A DNA stretch of 64,000 bases from an uncultured Lachnoclostridium sp. (GTDB lineage Bacteria; Bacillota; Clostridia; Lachnospirales; Lachnospiraceae): positions 1,248 through 65,247 of the forward strand of contig CAMWXG010000001.1 of NCBI GenBank assembly GCA_947178155.1. Direction: 5' to 3'. Made by a program: the position numbers and the translations under genes. The number at the start of each line of letters is the position of its first letter. Within the stretch, counting starts at the first letter, position 1. Shown here piece after piece: positions 1-10,449 of the stretch. Below the pieces are notes generated by a model. The model had not been told where the DNA came from. It searched no databases and saw nothing but the letters and a program-made list of their open reading frames with translations.

Positions 1-516
1 AGGCTTAAAGTATCATCAGATAGAAGCATTTGTATTGAAAATATAGATGATAAAAAGTCAGATATATTATATTTTAGAGATAAAGATTTGTCAGGGAATA
101 ATACTTATTTGAAAAAGAGAGTTGATCATATAATCTTTTCATATTTGGAAAATAATATATATGATGCTCATTTATTCGAAATGAAAACGGGCATAGAGAA
201 TAGTGAAAAATGGATAGATATAAAGGGGAAGTTTAGGGCAAGTTATCTTTTGGCGCATTCAATAGCAGGAATTTTGCATATTTCAATTAATGATGTATAT
301 ATGTACACAACATATGAACATGCAAATTTAATGGCTGATAAGACAAATCCGATTTCAAGGCATGCACGAGTAGGTGGAAAATATACAAGACCAATAGATG
401 AATGGAATGGTAATGGATTTGCTTTAAATTTTGGCCAAAAAGTAACATTTAGGCATACACCTATAAAAATGGAGCGTAACACTGAGGGAATATTGGAAGG
501 CTGCTATAATATTTAG
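1..516 (+). CDS. Hypothetical protein, 5'-truncated by the window edge; possible PD-(D/E)xK-like fold
   Basis: Frame is open from base 1 (RLKVSSDRSICIEN...) to TAG at 514-516; contains VDHIIF...HLFEMKT, a D...ExK pattern. Confidence 0.55.
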   Translation, partial: RLKVSSDRSICIENIDDKKSDILYFRDKDLSGNNTYLKKRVDHIIFSYLENNIYDAHLFEMKTGIENSEKWIDIKGKFRASYLLAHSIAGILHISINDVYMYTTYEHANLMADKTNPISRHARVGGKYTRPIDEWNGNGFALNFGQKVTFRHTPIKMERNTEGILEGCYNI

Positions 517-719
517 GATAGCTTGTTGTCATTCGTATCTAGAGCGTGTTTGAAAATTTTGAGATTTTATTAGTTTTGTAATTTCATGGAAAAATTATAT
601 TGGCACTCGAATTAGTATAAAAAGTGTGTTATAATATTAAAGAATGTTTTTAAAGCTTTTGAATTAGAAAAAAGACTGCAACAAGCAGCATATAATACAT
701 ATGGAGGATTATCAATAAA

Positions 720-2213
720 ATGAATAAGATATTTAACGATTTATTTATATTTGAGATGGCAAACAGCCATCAGGGGGATATAGAGCATGGCAAGGATATA
801 ATACATGAGATGGGAAAGATTGCCAGAAAGTACAATATAAGGGCGGCTGTAAAACTTCAGTACCGCAATCTTGATAATTTTATACACCCGGATTATAAGG
901 ATAGAACAGATGTACCACATATTCCAAGATTTATGAGCACTCGTCTTACATATGAACAGTTTACAGAATTAGTTGATACCATTAGGGAAGAAAGACTTAT
1001 TTCAATGAGCACTCCTTTTGATGAGGATGGCGTTGACTGGTGCATGGATCAGGGAATAGAGATAATAAAAATAGCAAGCTGTAGTGCGCTTGATTGGCCA
1101 TTACTTGAAAAGGTGTCAAGGACAGGCAAACCGCTTATTATTTCAACAGGAGGCAAGACACTTTCAGATATAGACAAACTGTATAACTTTTTTACACATA
1201 AAAGATGTGATTTTGCATTTCTTCATTGCGTTGCCGAATATCCTGCACCGTCTGATCATTTGCAGCTTGACTTTATTGACAGGATGAACAGACGATATCG
1301 TGATGTAATAATAGGCTATTCAGGTCATGAAGATCCAAATGATAATACAGTAGCAATGCTTGCTGTAGCTAAAGGAGCAAAAATTCTTGAAAGACATGTT
1401 GCACTTCCTACAGAAAAATATTCTATAAATGCCTACTCAATGACACCTGAACAGGCTGACAAATGGGTAGAAGCTGCTGAAAAGGCAAGGGTTATCTGTA
1501 CAACAAAGAAAGAAAATGATAAATATGTAAGTCAGGCAGAGATTGATTCTCTTAATTCACTTATGCGTGGTGTATATCTTAAGCATGATGTGAAAGAGGG
1601 AGAGTTTATAGGGCCTGAAGATGTTTATTTTGCAATGCCTTGTCAGGATAAGCAGATGAACAGCGGAGAATTTGGTGATGGAATTGAACTTACAAGGGAT
1701 TATGCTAAAGATGAGGCTCTTTTTGAAAAGAGGCATATTACAGCTACAAAGCTTGCCAGAAGTGTAATACATGATGCAAAAGGTATGCTTTATGAGGCTG
1801 GAATAGTTCTTGGCAGTGATTTTGAAGTTGAACTGTCACATCACTATGGAATGAGGAATTTCAGACAGACAGGGGCTATAATAGTCAGCGTTATAAATAG
1901 GGAATATTGCAAGAAACTTATTATTGTGCTTCCAGGACAGAAGCATCCTGTGCATATGCACAAAATCAAAGAAGAGACTTTTCAGGTGCTTTATGGGGAT
2001 TTGGAAGTAAATCTTGATGGTGAAGAATATAACCTTGTGGCAGGTGATGTACAGACTGTGCTTCGTGGGCAGAAACATGCTTTTACATCAAGAGGTGGTG
2101 CGATTTTTGAAGAAGTATCAACTACTCATATAAGGAATGATTCTTATTATGAAGATGAGAAAATAGAAAAGCTTGATCCAATGGAAAGAAAGACTGTACT
2201 TAGAAAGTGGTAA
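720..2213 (+). CDS. N-acetylneuraminate/nonulosonate synthase (NeuB/SpsE family) with SAF-like domain and C-terminal cupin (D-lyxose isomerase-like)
   Basis: IFEMANSHQGD, STPFD, KIAS, HCVAEYP, GYSGHE and ERH motifs; C-terminal YCKKLIIVLPGQKHPVHMHKIKEETF cupin; RBS GGAGG. Confidence 0.9.
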   Translation: MNKIFNDLFIFEMANSHQGDIEHGKDIIHEMGKIARKYNIRAAVKLQYRNLDNFIHPDYKDRTDVPHIPRFMSTRLTYEQFTELVDTIREERLISMSTPFDEDGVDWCMDQGIEIIKIASCSALDWPLLEKVSRTGKPLIISTGGKTLSDIDKLYNFFTHKRCDFAFLHCVAEYPAPSDHLQLDFIDRMNRRYRDVIIGYSGHEDPNDNTVAMLAVAKGAKILERHVALPTEKYSINAYSMTPEQADKWVEAAEKARVICTTKKENDKYVSQAEIDSLNSLMRGVYLKHDVKEGEFIGPEDVYFAMPCQDKQMNSGEFGDGIELTRDYAKDEALFEKRHITATKLARSVIHDAKGMLYEAGIVLGSDFEVELSHHYGMRNFRQTGAIIVSVINREYCKKLIIVLPGQKHPVHMHKIKEETFQVLYGDLEVNLDGEEYNLVAGDVQTVLRGQKHAFTSRGGAIFEEVSTTHIRNDSYYEDEKIEKLDPMERKTVLRKW

Positions 2214-2270
2214 GCCTAAGAGTGTGTTTTGGAAATTAATATCCAAACATATTTTATAGTGAAAAAATTA

Positions 2271-2375
2271 GTTACTATTCACAGCTGATTAAATTCGAGG
2301 ATTTTTGGCATGATTTATGCCCAAAATACGAGTTTTGCGGCGCCATTTTGCATGATTTTTCGCAAAATGTGTGCA
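2271..2375 (+). repeat. GTTAC...GTAAC intergenic repeat, copy A (right end missing)
   Basis: gttactattcacagctgattaaattcgaggattttt...cgcaaaatgtgtgca is near-identical to 3726-3800. Confidence 0.85.
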
Positions 2376-2461
2376 AAAATTAATAAAATTTATCCTGCTA
2401 TTTGAGATAGTAAAAACGGCATAATAAATTAAATATATAAAATTCTTATGGAGGAAATATT

Positions 2462-3688
2462 ATGATAAAGAAGATAATCAATGGATTAAAATATTGGGGA
2501 CAGCTCCTTTTACTGCCAATCTATTGGTTATCTTTTATTATTCCCAAAAATAAGCATATATGGGTTTTTGGAAGTACATTTGGAAGAAGATTTGCTGATA
2601 ATCCAAAGTATTTATATTTGTATGTGGCACAAAATGAGAAAGAGAATATACGCCCAATATGGATTTCGCACAATAAAGAAATCGTAAAATTATTAAATGG
2701 TAACGGATATGAGGCGTATTATTATCATTCAGCAAAAGGTATGTGGATGTGTCTGAGAGCAGGAATATACATATTTGATAATTATTCAAAAGATATATCT
2801 TTTTGGCTCTCAGGAGGTGCTGTTAAGTTTAATCTTTGGCATGGTTCAGGAAATAAGAAAACTAATTATGACAACAAATTTGATACAGTACGTCATCCAA
2901 AGAATTCATGGGAAAAGTTTAAGACATTTCCAAGAAGGCTTTCAGATGAAAAGCCGCATCATTATACGCTGGCAACATCTCCAATGATGGCTGACATATT
3001 TACATCAGCGTTTAATACGGATTTGAGCCACATAGTACAAGAAGGATATCCTAGAAATGACGCATTATTTGATGATTTAAAAATAGAAAATATATATTCA
3101 GATGAAGAAATAAATATTATGAAAGAATTGCAGGCATGTAAGGATAAGAATATGAAGATTATATATTATATGCCAACTTTTAGGGCATCTGAGAGTCTTT
3201 TCTTTGATGTAATGGATTTGGGGAAGTTCAATGATTTCCTTTGTGAGAATAAATATATGTTTTATACAAAACTTCATCCAAAGTCAAAATTAAAAGAAAA
3301 ATTTGCAGAAATTAAGTTTTCTAACATAAAAGACATTAATCCTGAAGTAGATACATATGCAATATTAAAATATGCGGACATGCTTACAACAGATTATTCT
3401 TCGATATATTCAGATTATTTAATGCTAAACAGGCCATCAGTGCTTTTTCCATATGATTTTGAAGAATATTCAAAAGATACAAGAGAATGTTATTTTGAAT
3501 ATGACGAATATATGCCAGAAGCAAAGACTTATACTATGGAAGAATTTATGGAAACTATTAAAAAGACATTTAGTGAAGATTTGTATGAAGAAGGAAGAAT
3601 AGGACTACGAAATAGAATATTTGCAAAATCAGATGGATATTCATGTAAGCGTTTGTGTGAAAAAATATGTGATATACTGCATATCTAA
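2462..3688 (+). CDS. CDP-glycerol/ribitol:polyol-phosphate phosphotransferase (TagF/TarF family)
   Basis: FADNPKYLY, NLWHG, GYPRND, YMPTFR, KLHP and TDYSS motifs. Confidence 0.9.
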   Translation: MIKKIINGLKYWGQLLLLPIYWLSFIIPKNKHIWVFGSTFGRRFADNPKYLYLYVAQNEKENIRPIWISHNKEIVKLLNGNGYEAYYYHSAKGMWMCLRAGIYIFDNYSKDISFWLSGGAVKFNLWHGSGNKKTNYDNKFDTVRHPKNSWEKFKTFPRRLSDEKPHHYTLATSPMMADIFTSAFNTDLSHIVQEGYPRNDALFDDLKIENIYSDEEINIMKELQACKDKNMKIIYYMPTFRASESLFFDVMDLGKFNDFLCENKYMFYTKLHPKSKLKEKFAEIKFSNIKDINPEVDTYAILKYADMLTTDYSSIYSDYLMLNRPSVLFPYDFEEYSKDTRECYFEYDEYMPEAKTYTMEEFMETIKKTFSEDLYEEGRIGLRNRIFAKSDGYSCKRLCEKICDILHI

Positions 3689-3725
3689 GTTAATTTGTCT
3701 ACTAAAATGGAATTAGTAATTTTTG

Positions 3726-3856
3726 GTTACTATTTACAGCTGATTAAATTCGAGGATTTTTGCGGCGTCATTTTGCATGATTTTTCGCAAAATGTGTGCA
3801 TTTCAGCGCTGAAAGCGCTGCTTGTTACTATGAGCGGCGTAGCCGTGAATAGTAAC
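3726..3856 (+). repeat. GTTAC...GTAAC intergenic repeat, copy B (both terminal inverted repeats present)
   Basis: Ends gttactatttac / gtgaatagtaac; internal hairpin cagcgctgaaagcgctg. Confidence 0.85.
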
Positions 3857-3916
3857 AATTTTTGCTTTGTAAATATGAAATTGTAGCTAATTGTAACAGA
3901 ATGGGGGATTAAATAA

Positions 3917-4627
3917 ATGAACATAGCACTTTTAATTGCTGGAGGTAGTGGACAGAGAATGAATCAGGATATTCCAAAACAGTTTATTAATGTAAATGAT
4001 AAGCCTGTTATAGTATATACACTTGAGGTATTTCAGAGACATCCTAATATTGATGCTATAGGAGTTGTATGTCTTGAAGGGTGGCATGAAATACTGAATG
4101 CTTATGCAAAACAGTTTAATATAACAAAACTGCGTTGGATTATTGATGGTGGAAAAAATGGTCAGGAATCTATAAAAAATGGTGTGTATACATTAAAAGA
4201 AGACTGCAGCCCTGATGATATGGTATTAATACATGACGCAATAAGGCCAATGGTTTCACAGGAAATAATATCAGACTGTATTACAAAATGCAGAAAGAAT
4301 GGTTCAGCAGTTACAGTTATACCATGTGCAGAGGCAATGCTTTTATCAGAAGATAAAGTGTCATCGGACCAGACAATATTAAGGGACAGGCTTGCAAGAA
4401 CTCAGACACCGCAGGCTTTTTTCTTAAAAAAACTTATTTGGGCACACGAAGAAGCAGCAAAAAGAGGGATAGAAAATTCGATTGCAACGTGTACATTAAT
4501 GATAGAACTTGGTGAGAAAGTATGTTTTTCAACAGGCTCAGAGAAGAATATAAAGCTTACTACGACAGATGATATAGAAATATTTAAGGCACTTCTTGTA
4601 TCTAAAAAAGATGAATGGCTTAAGTAG
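3917..4627 (+). CDS. IspD/TarI-family sugar-alcohol-phosphate cytidylyltransferase
   Basis: AGGSGQRM...PKQF, HDAIRP, QTPQAF, NIKLTT; glycopolymer context favours a TarI-like role. Confidence 0.88.
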   Translation: MNIALLIAGGSGQRMNQDIPKQFINVNDKPVIVYTLEVFQRHPNIDAIGVVCLEGWHEILNAYAKQFNITKLRWIIDGGKNGQESIKNGVYTLKEDCSPDDMVLIHDAIRPMVSQEIISDCITKCRKNGSAVTVIPCAEAMLLSEDKVSSDQTILRDRLARTQTPQAFFLKKLIWAHEEAAKRGIENSIATCTLMIELGEKVCFSTGSEKNIKLTTTDDIEIFKALLVSKKDEWLK

Positions 4628-4682
4628 GTAAATATAAAAAATAATGGGCTTGATGAGAGGGCTTTAATTTTCGGAGGTCAAA

Positions 4683-5786
4683 ATGAAAAATTATTTTAGT
4701 GATATAAAAAATATTGTATATTCTAAATGTGTAGAATGGAATGATTTTAATAATAAAAGCATTTTGATTACTGGGGCATCAGGAATGATAGGCAGATGTA
4801 TTACTGATTTATTAATGTGTGCAAATAAGGAGTTTAAATTAGCAGTAAAAGTATATGTATTGGTAAGGAATAGGGAAAAAGCTGAAAAATTATTTGTAGA
4901 GTATTCTAACAATAACTTATTTCAAATAATTGTCGGAGATGTATGTGATAAAAATTTATCACAAAAAATTATTAAAAATGCAAGTGGTAAAAATGTATCT
5001 TGTGAAAATATTGAAGATATAAATGATAAGAACAATTACTTACATATTGATTATATAATACATGCTGCCGGATATGGCGATCCGGCAGCTTTTGTCAGTG
5101 ATCCTGTGGGTGTAATGATGTCAAATCTTACAGGTACTATTAATATGTTAGAACTCACAAAAAAGAATAATGGAAGAATGGTGTTTATATCAACAGGTGA
5201 AGTATATGGTTATACTGGCAAAAGAGAGGCATATCGCGAAGAAAATGCAGGTATCCTTGATTTTAATAAAGTGCGTTCATGTTATCCTGAAAGCAAGAGA
5301 GCGGCAGAAACATTGTGCCACAGTTACAATGAACAATATCAAACAGATGTATCAATATGTAGGCCATGCCATATATATGGACAGACAATGACAGAAAGAG
5401 ACAGCAGAGTAATAGCACAATTTATTCGCAATGCTGTTAAAAAAGAAAATATAGTAATGAAAAGCGAAGGAAGTCAGATTCGCTCAATGTGTTATGTAGC
5501 AGATGCAGCGCATGCAATACTTGTGGTACTTTGTAAAGGCAGAAGGGGAGAAACATATAATGTCAGCAATACTGAGTCAAGCATAACGATAAAGGAGATG
5601 GCAGAGATATTGACATCAGCAGCAGGAACAAAACTTGTAATAGAGCTGCCATCAGGATATGAGAAAAAAGGTTATTCAGCGTCAGATTATCAGGTATTAG
5701 ATGATAAGAAGATAAAAGCATTGAGTTGGAGTGCATTGACAGAGGTAAGTGTGGGATTAAAGAAGGTAGTTGAGGACTTATCTTAA
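4683..5786 (+). CDS. NAD-dependent epimerase/dehydratase (extended SDR)
   Basis: TGASGMIG, IHAAG, STGEVYG, YPESK (YxxxK). Confidence 0.88.
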   Translation: MKNYFSDIKNIVYSKCVEWNDFNNKSILITGASGMIGRCITDLLMCANKEFKLAVKVYVLVRNREKAEKLFVEYSNNNLFQIIVGDVCDKNLSQKIIKNASGKNVSCENIEDINDKNNYLHIDYIIHAAGYGDPAAFVSDPVGVMMSNLTGTINMLELTKKNNGRMVFISTGEVYGYTGKREAYREENAGILDFNKVRSCYPESKRAAETLCHSYNEQYQTDVSICRPCHIYGQTMTERDSRVIAQFIRNAVKKENIVMKSEGSQIRSMCYVADAAHAILVVLCKGRRGETYNVSNTESSITIKEMAEILTSAAGTKLVIELPSGYEKKGYSASDYQVLDDKKIKALSWSALTEVSVGLKKVVEDLS

Positions 5787-5889
5787 ATTTTATGAAAATG
5801 CATAAGAGAATATAGTTTCAAGAAGTATAGCAGGAGCGCAGATTTGTATTGTGCTTACAAGTCGTTCCTGTATGCAGCAACAAAAATAT

Positions 5890-5934
5890 AAGCAACTCAG
5901 ACTGTGAAAAGCAGTCTGAGTTGTTTTTATTTTT
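5890..5934 (+). terminator. Rho-independent terminator
   Basis: aagcaactcagactg-tgaaaag-cagtctgagttgttt followed by a T tract. Confidence 0.85.
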
Positions 5935-5935
5935 G

Positions 5936-5987
5936 TTTGGTACCTTGACAAATAGGAGAATAGATATTAAAATATAAAGGTACCTAA
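5936..5987 (+). promoter_or_regulatory. Sigma-A promoter with two GGTACC-centred palindromes (probable MarR operators)
   Basis: TTGACA 5945-5950, 17 bp spacer, TAAAAT 5968-5973; tttggtaccttg overlaps -35 and aaaggtacctaa overlaps the expected TSS. Confidence 0.7.
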
Positions 5988-6043
5988 ATAATATAGGGAA
6001 ATAAAAAGGTTGTCAGATGGCAATATATTACAGGAGGATTGAT

Positions 6044-6550
6044 ATGCGAAAACAAATGGAAAACTCATTAGAAAATAAATGCTACACTGGATATGACAAA
6101 TCCATGAGTATTAACGATAAGCTTATTTTTAATATATTGGATTTGAATCATGTTATGCGTTCTTTATATGAGGGGAAGGCAAGCCAAAAGCGTATTTTGA
6201 TTATTCTAAATGAAGTTAAAAGCATTACACAGCGGGATTTGACCGCGCGTCTGGGTATACAGCCTGGTTCTGTTAGTGAAATTCTTTCTAAGTTGGAGAA
6301 TGCGGGGCTTATTTTACGTACCATTAGTGAAACAGACAGGAGAACGGCTGATATTTCACTTACAGACCAGGGAATAAAAATGGCAGTTGAGGCGGCAGAG
6401 CAACGCAGCAGGCGGCATGTGGAGATGTTTTCCTGTTTGTCTGAAAGAGAAAGAGAGGAATTGCTTGCGTTGCTTGAGAAGGTTAATGAGGACTGGGCAA
6501 ACCGCTATGGGATGCCTGAAACACACAGAAAAAAGTGCTATAAAATGTGA
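6044..6550 (+). CDS. MarR-family transcriptional regulator
   Basis: TQRDLTARLGIQPGSVSEILSKLENAGLI...DRR...LT winged HTH; RBS AGGAGG before ATG 6044. Confidence 0.9.
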   Translation: MRKQMENSLENKCYTGYDKSMSINDKLIFNILDLNHVMRSLYEGKASQKRILIILNEVKSITQRDLTARLGIQPGSVSEILSKLENAGLILRTISETDRRTADISLTDQGIKMAVEAAEQRSRRHVEMFSCLSEREREELLALLEKVNEDWANRYGMPETHRKKCYKM

Positions 6551-6580
6551 TAGATGATTTAGAAATGGAGGAATCTGTAA

Positions 6581-8320
6581 ATGTGGAAATATATTAAACC
6601 TTATTTTCCTTTCGCTATTCTTGCTGGTCTGTTTATGATTGGCGAAGTTATGATGGATTTGGTTCAGCCTGGAATTATGAGCCAAATTGTAGATGATGGT
6701 GTTTTGGGACTTAATAACGGGGGTGCAGGGAATTTAGGGCTGATTTGGGAGTTAGGTATTAAAATGATTGGACTCGTTCTTTTTGGTGGATTGTGTGGGG
6801 CGCTTAATAATGTTTTTGTAAATCTATCTGGGCAAAATATTGGTAATGATATGCGTAAAGATTGCTTTTGCAAAGTTATGGGATTTTCATTTCCACAGCT
6901 TGATAAATTTGGAACTGGTTCACTGGTAACGAGGGTGACTAATGATATTACGCAGGTGCAGAATTTTATATCTCAGTTTGTACGCGGAATGATAAGAACT
7001 TTGTTGCTTACATTTGGAAGTATATATTGTATTTTTCGGTTGAATAGAGATTTTGGGCTAGTTACAGTTTGTGCCTTTCCATTTATTAGCGGGTGCCTTA
7101 TATTCTGTCTGAGGAGAGCAAATCCTCTTTTCTTTCGTCTGCAGGCACAGTTAGATTCTTTAAATGAAATAATGCAGGAGGACATATCTGGTATACGTAC
7201 AATGAAAGCCTGTGTTCGCGAAACATACGAAAAGATACGTTTTGGTAAGGCAAATGATGAGTTGATTAAAACTCAGTTAAAAGTTCTTATGATTTTTGCA
7301 TTTATGAATCCGGTAGTCAATGCAATGATGTATATAGTAGTTGCCGCAATTTTGATGATTGGTTCTTATGAGGTTGGCAGTGGCATGGCGACTCCAGGAA
7401 ATATTATGGCAGCAGTTACATATACTACACAGCTGCTTAATGGCATTCTTATGCTAACTATGTTGTTTCAGAATATTTCCAGAGGACTTGCCTCATGGGA
7501 GAGAGTAAAAGAAATTTTAAGCAGTGAATCAGAACTTAAAAATGGTTCGTTTAGAAGTGAAACCAAGAAAAAAGGAGAAATTGAATTTCGTGATGTATCG
7601 TTTTCTTATTCAAACAGTGGAAATGCAGTGCTTGAGCATATGAATTTAAAAATTCATCAGGGAGAAAAGGTTGCAATCCTAGGGGCAACCGGATGTGGTA
7701 AGACATCGTTGGTTAATTTGATACCACGTTTCTATGATGTGAGTGAGGGGGCTGTTTTAGTTGATGGAGTAGATGTGCGGGAGTATGATCAGAAGGTGCT
7801 TAGAAATAAAGTGGCAGTGGTTTTACAGAAAAGTGAATTGTTCAATGCATCCATTGGAGAAAATATTGCATGGGGTGGTATAGATGCAAAAGCCAAGGCT
7901 GTGAAAGAAGCTGCTGTAATAGCACAGGCTGACGATTTTATTTCTACTGCAGAAAAGGGGTACGACACCATGATTGCACAACGTGGAATGAGTTTGTCAG
8001 GTGGACAGAAACAGAGGATTTCTATTGCAAGAGCAATATTGAAACATGCGGAAATATTGATACTAGATGATTCCACGAGTGCACTGGATTTAAAGACTGA
8101 GTCTGATTTTTACAGGGCACTACAGGAATTTAGTCCTATTAGTACCAAAATTATCATTGCCCAGCGGATTGCATCTGTACGTGGAGCAGACAGAATAATT
8201 GTTCTTGAAAAAGGAAAAATTCTGGCTGACGGCTCTCATGAGGAGTTGATAAAAAACTGTGATGTATATCAGGAAATTTATCATTCGCAGGTTGGAGAGG
8301 AGGACGAGAAAAGTGCATGA
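6581..8320 (+). CDS. ABC exporter, fused permease/ATPase (heterodimer subunit 1)
   Basis: TM domain, GATGCGKT, LSGGQKQR, degenerate ILDD and IAQR. Confidence 0.93.
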   Translation: MWKYIKPYFPFAILAGLFMIGEVMMDLVQPGIMSQIVDDGVLGLNNGGAGNLGLIWELGIKMIGLVLFGGLCGALNNVFVNLSGQNIGNDMRKDCFCKVMGFSFPQLDKFGTGSLVTRVTNDITQVQNFISQFVRGMIRTLLLTFGSIYCIFRLNRDFGLVTVCAFPFISGCLIFCLRRANPLFFRLQAQLDSLNEIMQEDISGIRTMKACVRETYEKIRFGKANDELIKTQLKVLMIFAFMNPVVNAMMYIVVAAILMIGSYEVGSGMATPGNIMAAVTYTTQLLNGILMLTMLFQNISRGLASWERVKEILSSESELKNGSFRSETKKKGEIEFRDVSFSYSNSGNAVLEHMNLKIHQGEKVAILGATGCGKTSLVNLIPRFYDVSEGAVLVDGVDVREYDQKVLRNKVAVVLQKSELFNASIGENIAWGGIDAKAKAVKEAAVIAQADDFISTAEKGYDTMIAQRGMSLSGGQKQRISIARAILKHAEILILDDSTSALDLKTESDFYRALQEFSPISTKIIIAQRIASVRGADRIIVLEKGKILADGSHEELIKNCDVYQEIYHSQVGEEDEKSA

Positions 8321-10130
8321 GTCTAATAATCAAAAATTAGCAGAGAGAAGTATTTCTGGAATGAATAGGCATGAAAGGTTTAGGCAGGTAGAATATGCAG
8401 AGGATGTAGGGAAAACAATGAAGCATATAGCTGTCTACTTTGTTCATGAGAAGATAATGGTTTTTTGTATGCTGGTTATTGTTATATGTGGTACTATCTG
8501 TGGTGTATGTGCGCCAGGTCTTCAAAGTAATGCTGTGGATATTATCGCAGGATCAAGAAGAGGAAATTTTGTACAGACTTTGTCCATTATGCTTACAGTG
8601 TATTTGTTATACAGTGCGAGCGGACTTTTGCAAGGGGGATTTAGTGCAAGATTAAGTCAGCGGATTGTAAAGCGGATGAGAGAAGAACTGTTTGAGAAAA
8701 TAGTGGATTTGCCAATAAGATATTTGGACACTCATTCTCATGGTGATGTTATGAGCCGTATGATAAACGATATTGAAAATATATCTACAACAGTTTCACA
8801 GGCGCTACCTTCACTGTTTTCAGGTGTGCTTACCATTCTGGGAACTGTGATAGTTATGCTTTTGTATTGTTGGCAGTTAGCAATTCTAAGTTTTGCTACA
8901 GTTTTTTTAACGCTTGCAGCCACAAAGATTCTTTCTAAAAGAGTGCGTAAATATTCCCGCAAAAGGCAGATGCTGCTGGGGCAGCTCAATGGAACAGTAG
9001 AGGAGATGATTTCAGGTTATCATACAGTTGTTGCCTATAATCATCAGGATGTTACAATAGATGATTTCTGCGATACTGCAGATGCTCTTACCAAAACCGG
9101 AATAAAAACAGACATTTTCAGCGGTGTTATGGGACCAATTATGAACTGTATAAGTAATATAGGGTTCGTAGTAATTGCAGCTTTTGGAGGGTATTTTTCT
9201 GTTCATGGGCTGATTTCTGTAGGTGTGATTTCTGCTTTTATTGTATATGCTAAACAGTTTAGTCGTCCGGTAAATGAAATTGCTCAGGTTTATGGACAGC
9301 TCCAAACAGCAGTGGCAGGAGCAGAAAGGGTTTTTGCATTGTTGGATGAAGCGAATGAAGAGCAGGAGGGCGTAGAGTTGGAAAGAGAAGAAGGTGCTAA
9401 GGTTACTTTTGAGAATGTACAATTTTCTTATGAACCGGGAAATCCAGTGATTCAGGATTTCACACTTACTGTTCCTTCTGGAAAAAAGGTAGCGTTGGTG
9501 GGAGCTACCGGATGTGGAAAGACTACAATTGTTAATCTGCTTATGCGCTTTTATGATATTGACAAAGGTAAGATACTTATTAACAGTCAGAATATAAAAG
9601 ACATTGGAAGAGGTGCCTTAAGGCACAATATTGCTATTGTATTGCAGGATACAGTTATGTTTTCTAATACAGTACAAGACAATCTAAAATATGGCAACGA
9701 AAATGCAACAAAAGAACAGATTGAGCAGGCAGCAAAGATGAGTCGCTGTGAAGAAATGATTAAAAATCTTCCGGAGGGCTATGATACTATATTAACTGGT
9801 TCTGGTGAAAATATAAGCCAGGGACAGCGGCAATTGCTTGCTATTGCGAGAGCTTTTGTAGCTGATCCTAAAATATTGATCCTGGATGAAGCCACATCAA
9901 ATGTAGACACAAGGACAGAAAAGGCAATTCAGGATGCAATGCAGCAAGTCATGCATAATCGTACCAGTATTGTAATTGCTCATCGTTTGTCTACTATTCG
10001 GGATTCTGATTTGATAGTGGTCATGGATCATGGCAGAATTGTAGAAAGTGGTACACATGATGAACTACTTGTGCAGAAAGGCAGATACTATGAACTTTAT
10101 ATGAGGCAGTATGCTGGATATGCTATATGA
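8313..10130 (+). CDS. ABC exporter, fused permease/ATPase (heterodimer subunit 2)
   Basis: GATGCGKT, ISQGQRQ, ILDEAT, IAHR; GTG start at 8313 after GAGGAGG overlaps the upstream gene end. Confidence 0.93.
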   Translation: MHESNNQKLAERSISGMNRHERFRQVEYAEDVGKTMKHIAVYFVHEKIMVFCMLVIVICGTICGVCAPGLQSNAVDIIAGSRRGNFVQTLSIMLTVYLLYSASGLLQGGFSARLSQRIVKRMREELFEKIVDLPIRYLDTHSHGDVMSRMINDIENISTTVSQALPSLFSGVLTILGTVIVMLLYCWQLAILSFATVFLTLAATKILSKRVRKYSRKRQMLLGQLNGTVEEMISGYHTVVAYNHQDVTIDDFCDTADALTKTGIKTDIFSGVMGPIMNCISNIGFVVIAAFGGYFSVHGLISVGVISAFIVYAKQFSRPVNEIAQVYGQLQTAVAGAERVFALLDEANEEQEGVELEREEGAKVTFENVQFSYEPGNPVIQDFTLTVPSGKKVALVGATGCGKTTIVNLLMRFYDIDKGKILINSQNIKDIGRGALRHNIAIVLQDTVMFSNTVQDNLKYGNENATKEQIEQAAKMSRCEEMIKNLPEGYDTILTGSGENISQGQRQLLAIARAFVADPKILILDEATSNVDTRTEKAIQDAMQQVMHNRTSIVIAHRLSTIRDSDLIVVMDHGRIVESGTHDELLVQKGRYYELYMRQYAGYAI

Positions 10131-10449
10131 TTTTACAATAATTTAAAAATAATACTTCTATTTTCTACGTTTATATGTTATAATGTCAATTAAGCAGATA
10201 TATTGTAAATATCTGTTAGAGCATGTTTGCTTTTTATCATTATTAAATAGTATTTGCAGTGTTGTTATGAATATTAGCTATTATGGTAGCTGTGAAGACA
10301 AATATGTCACTTATGCGACTGCGCTCGGTGTACATCCTATTAGCATATATCATCAATCCCCACACACTGCTAAATGAATTTATGATGAAAATTTGTAATG
10401 AGGTCTAATTAAAAAAATGCAAAATAAGCATAGAAATGGGGGAATATGT

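Noticed and set aside
2271-3856. GTTAC repeats as CRISPR repeats, tRNAs or attC sites
   Set aside because: They are dispersed in both orientations, with variable modular length, no cloverleaf, and no integrase or cassette array.
3695-3924. 63/64-aa ORFs between the TagF-like and TarI-like genes
   Set aside because: They are translations of repeat copy B.
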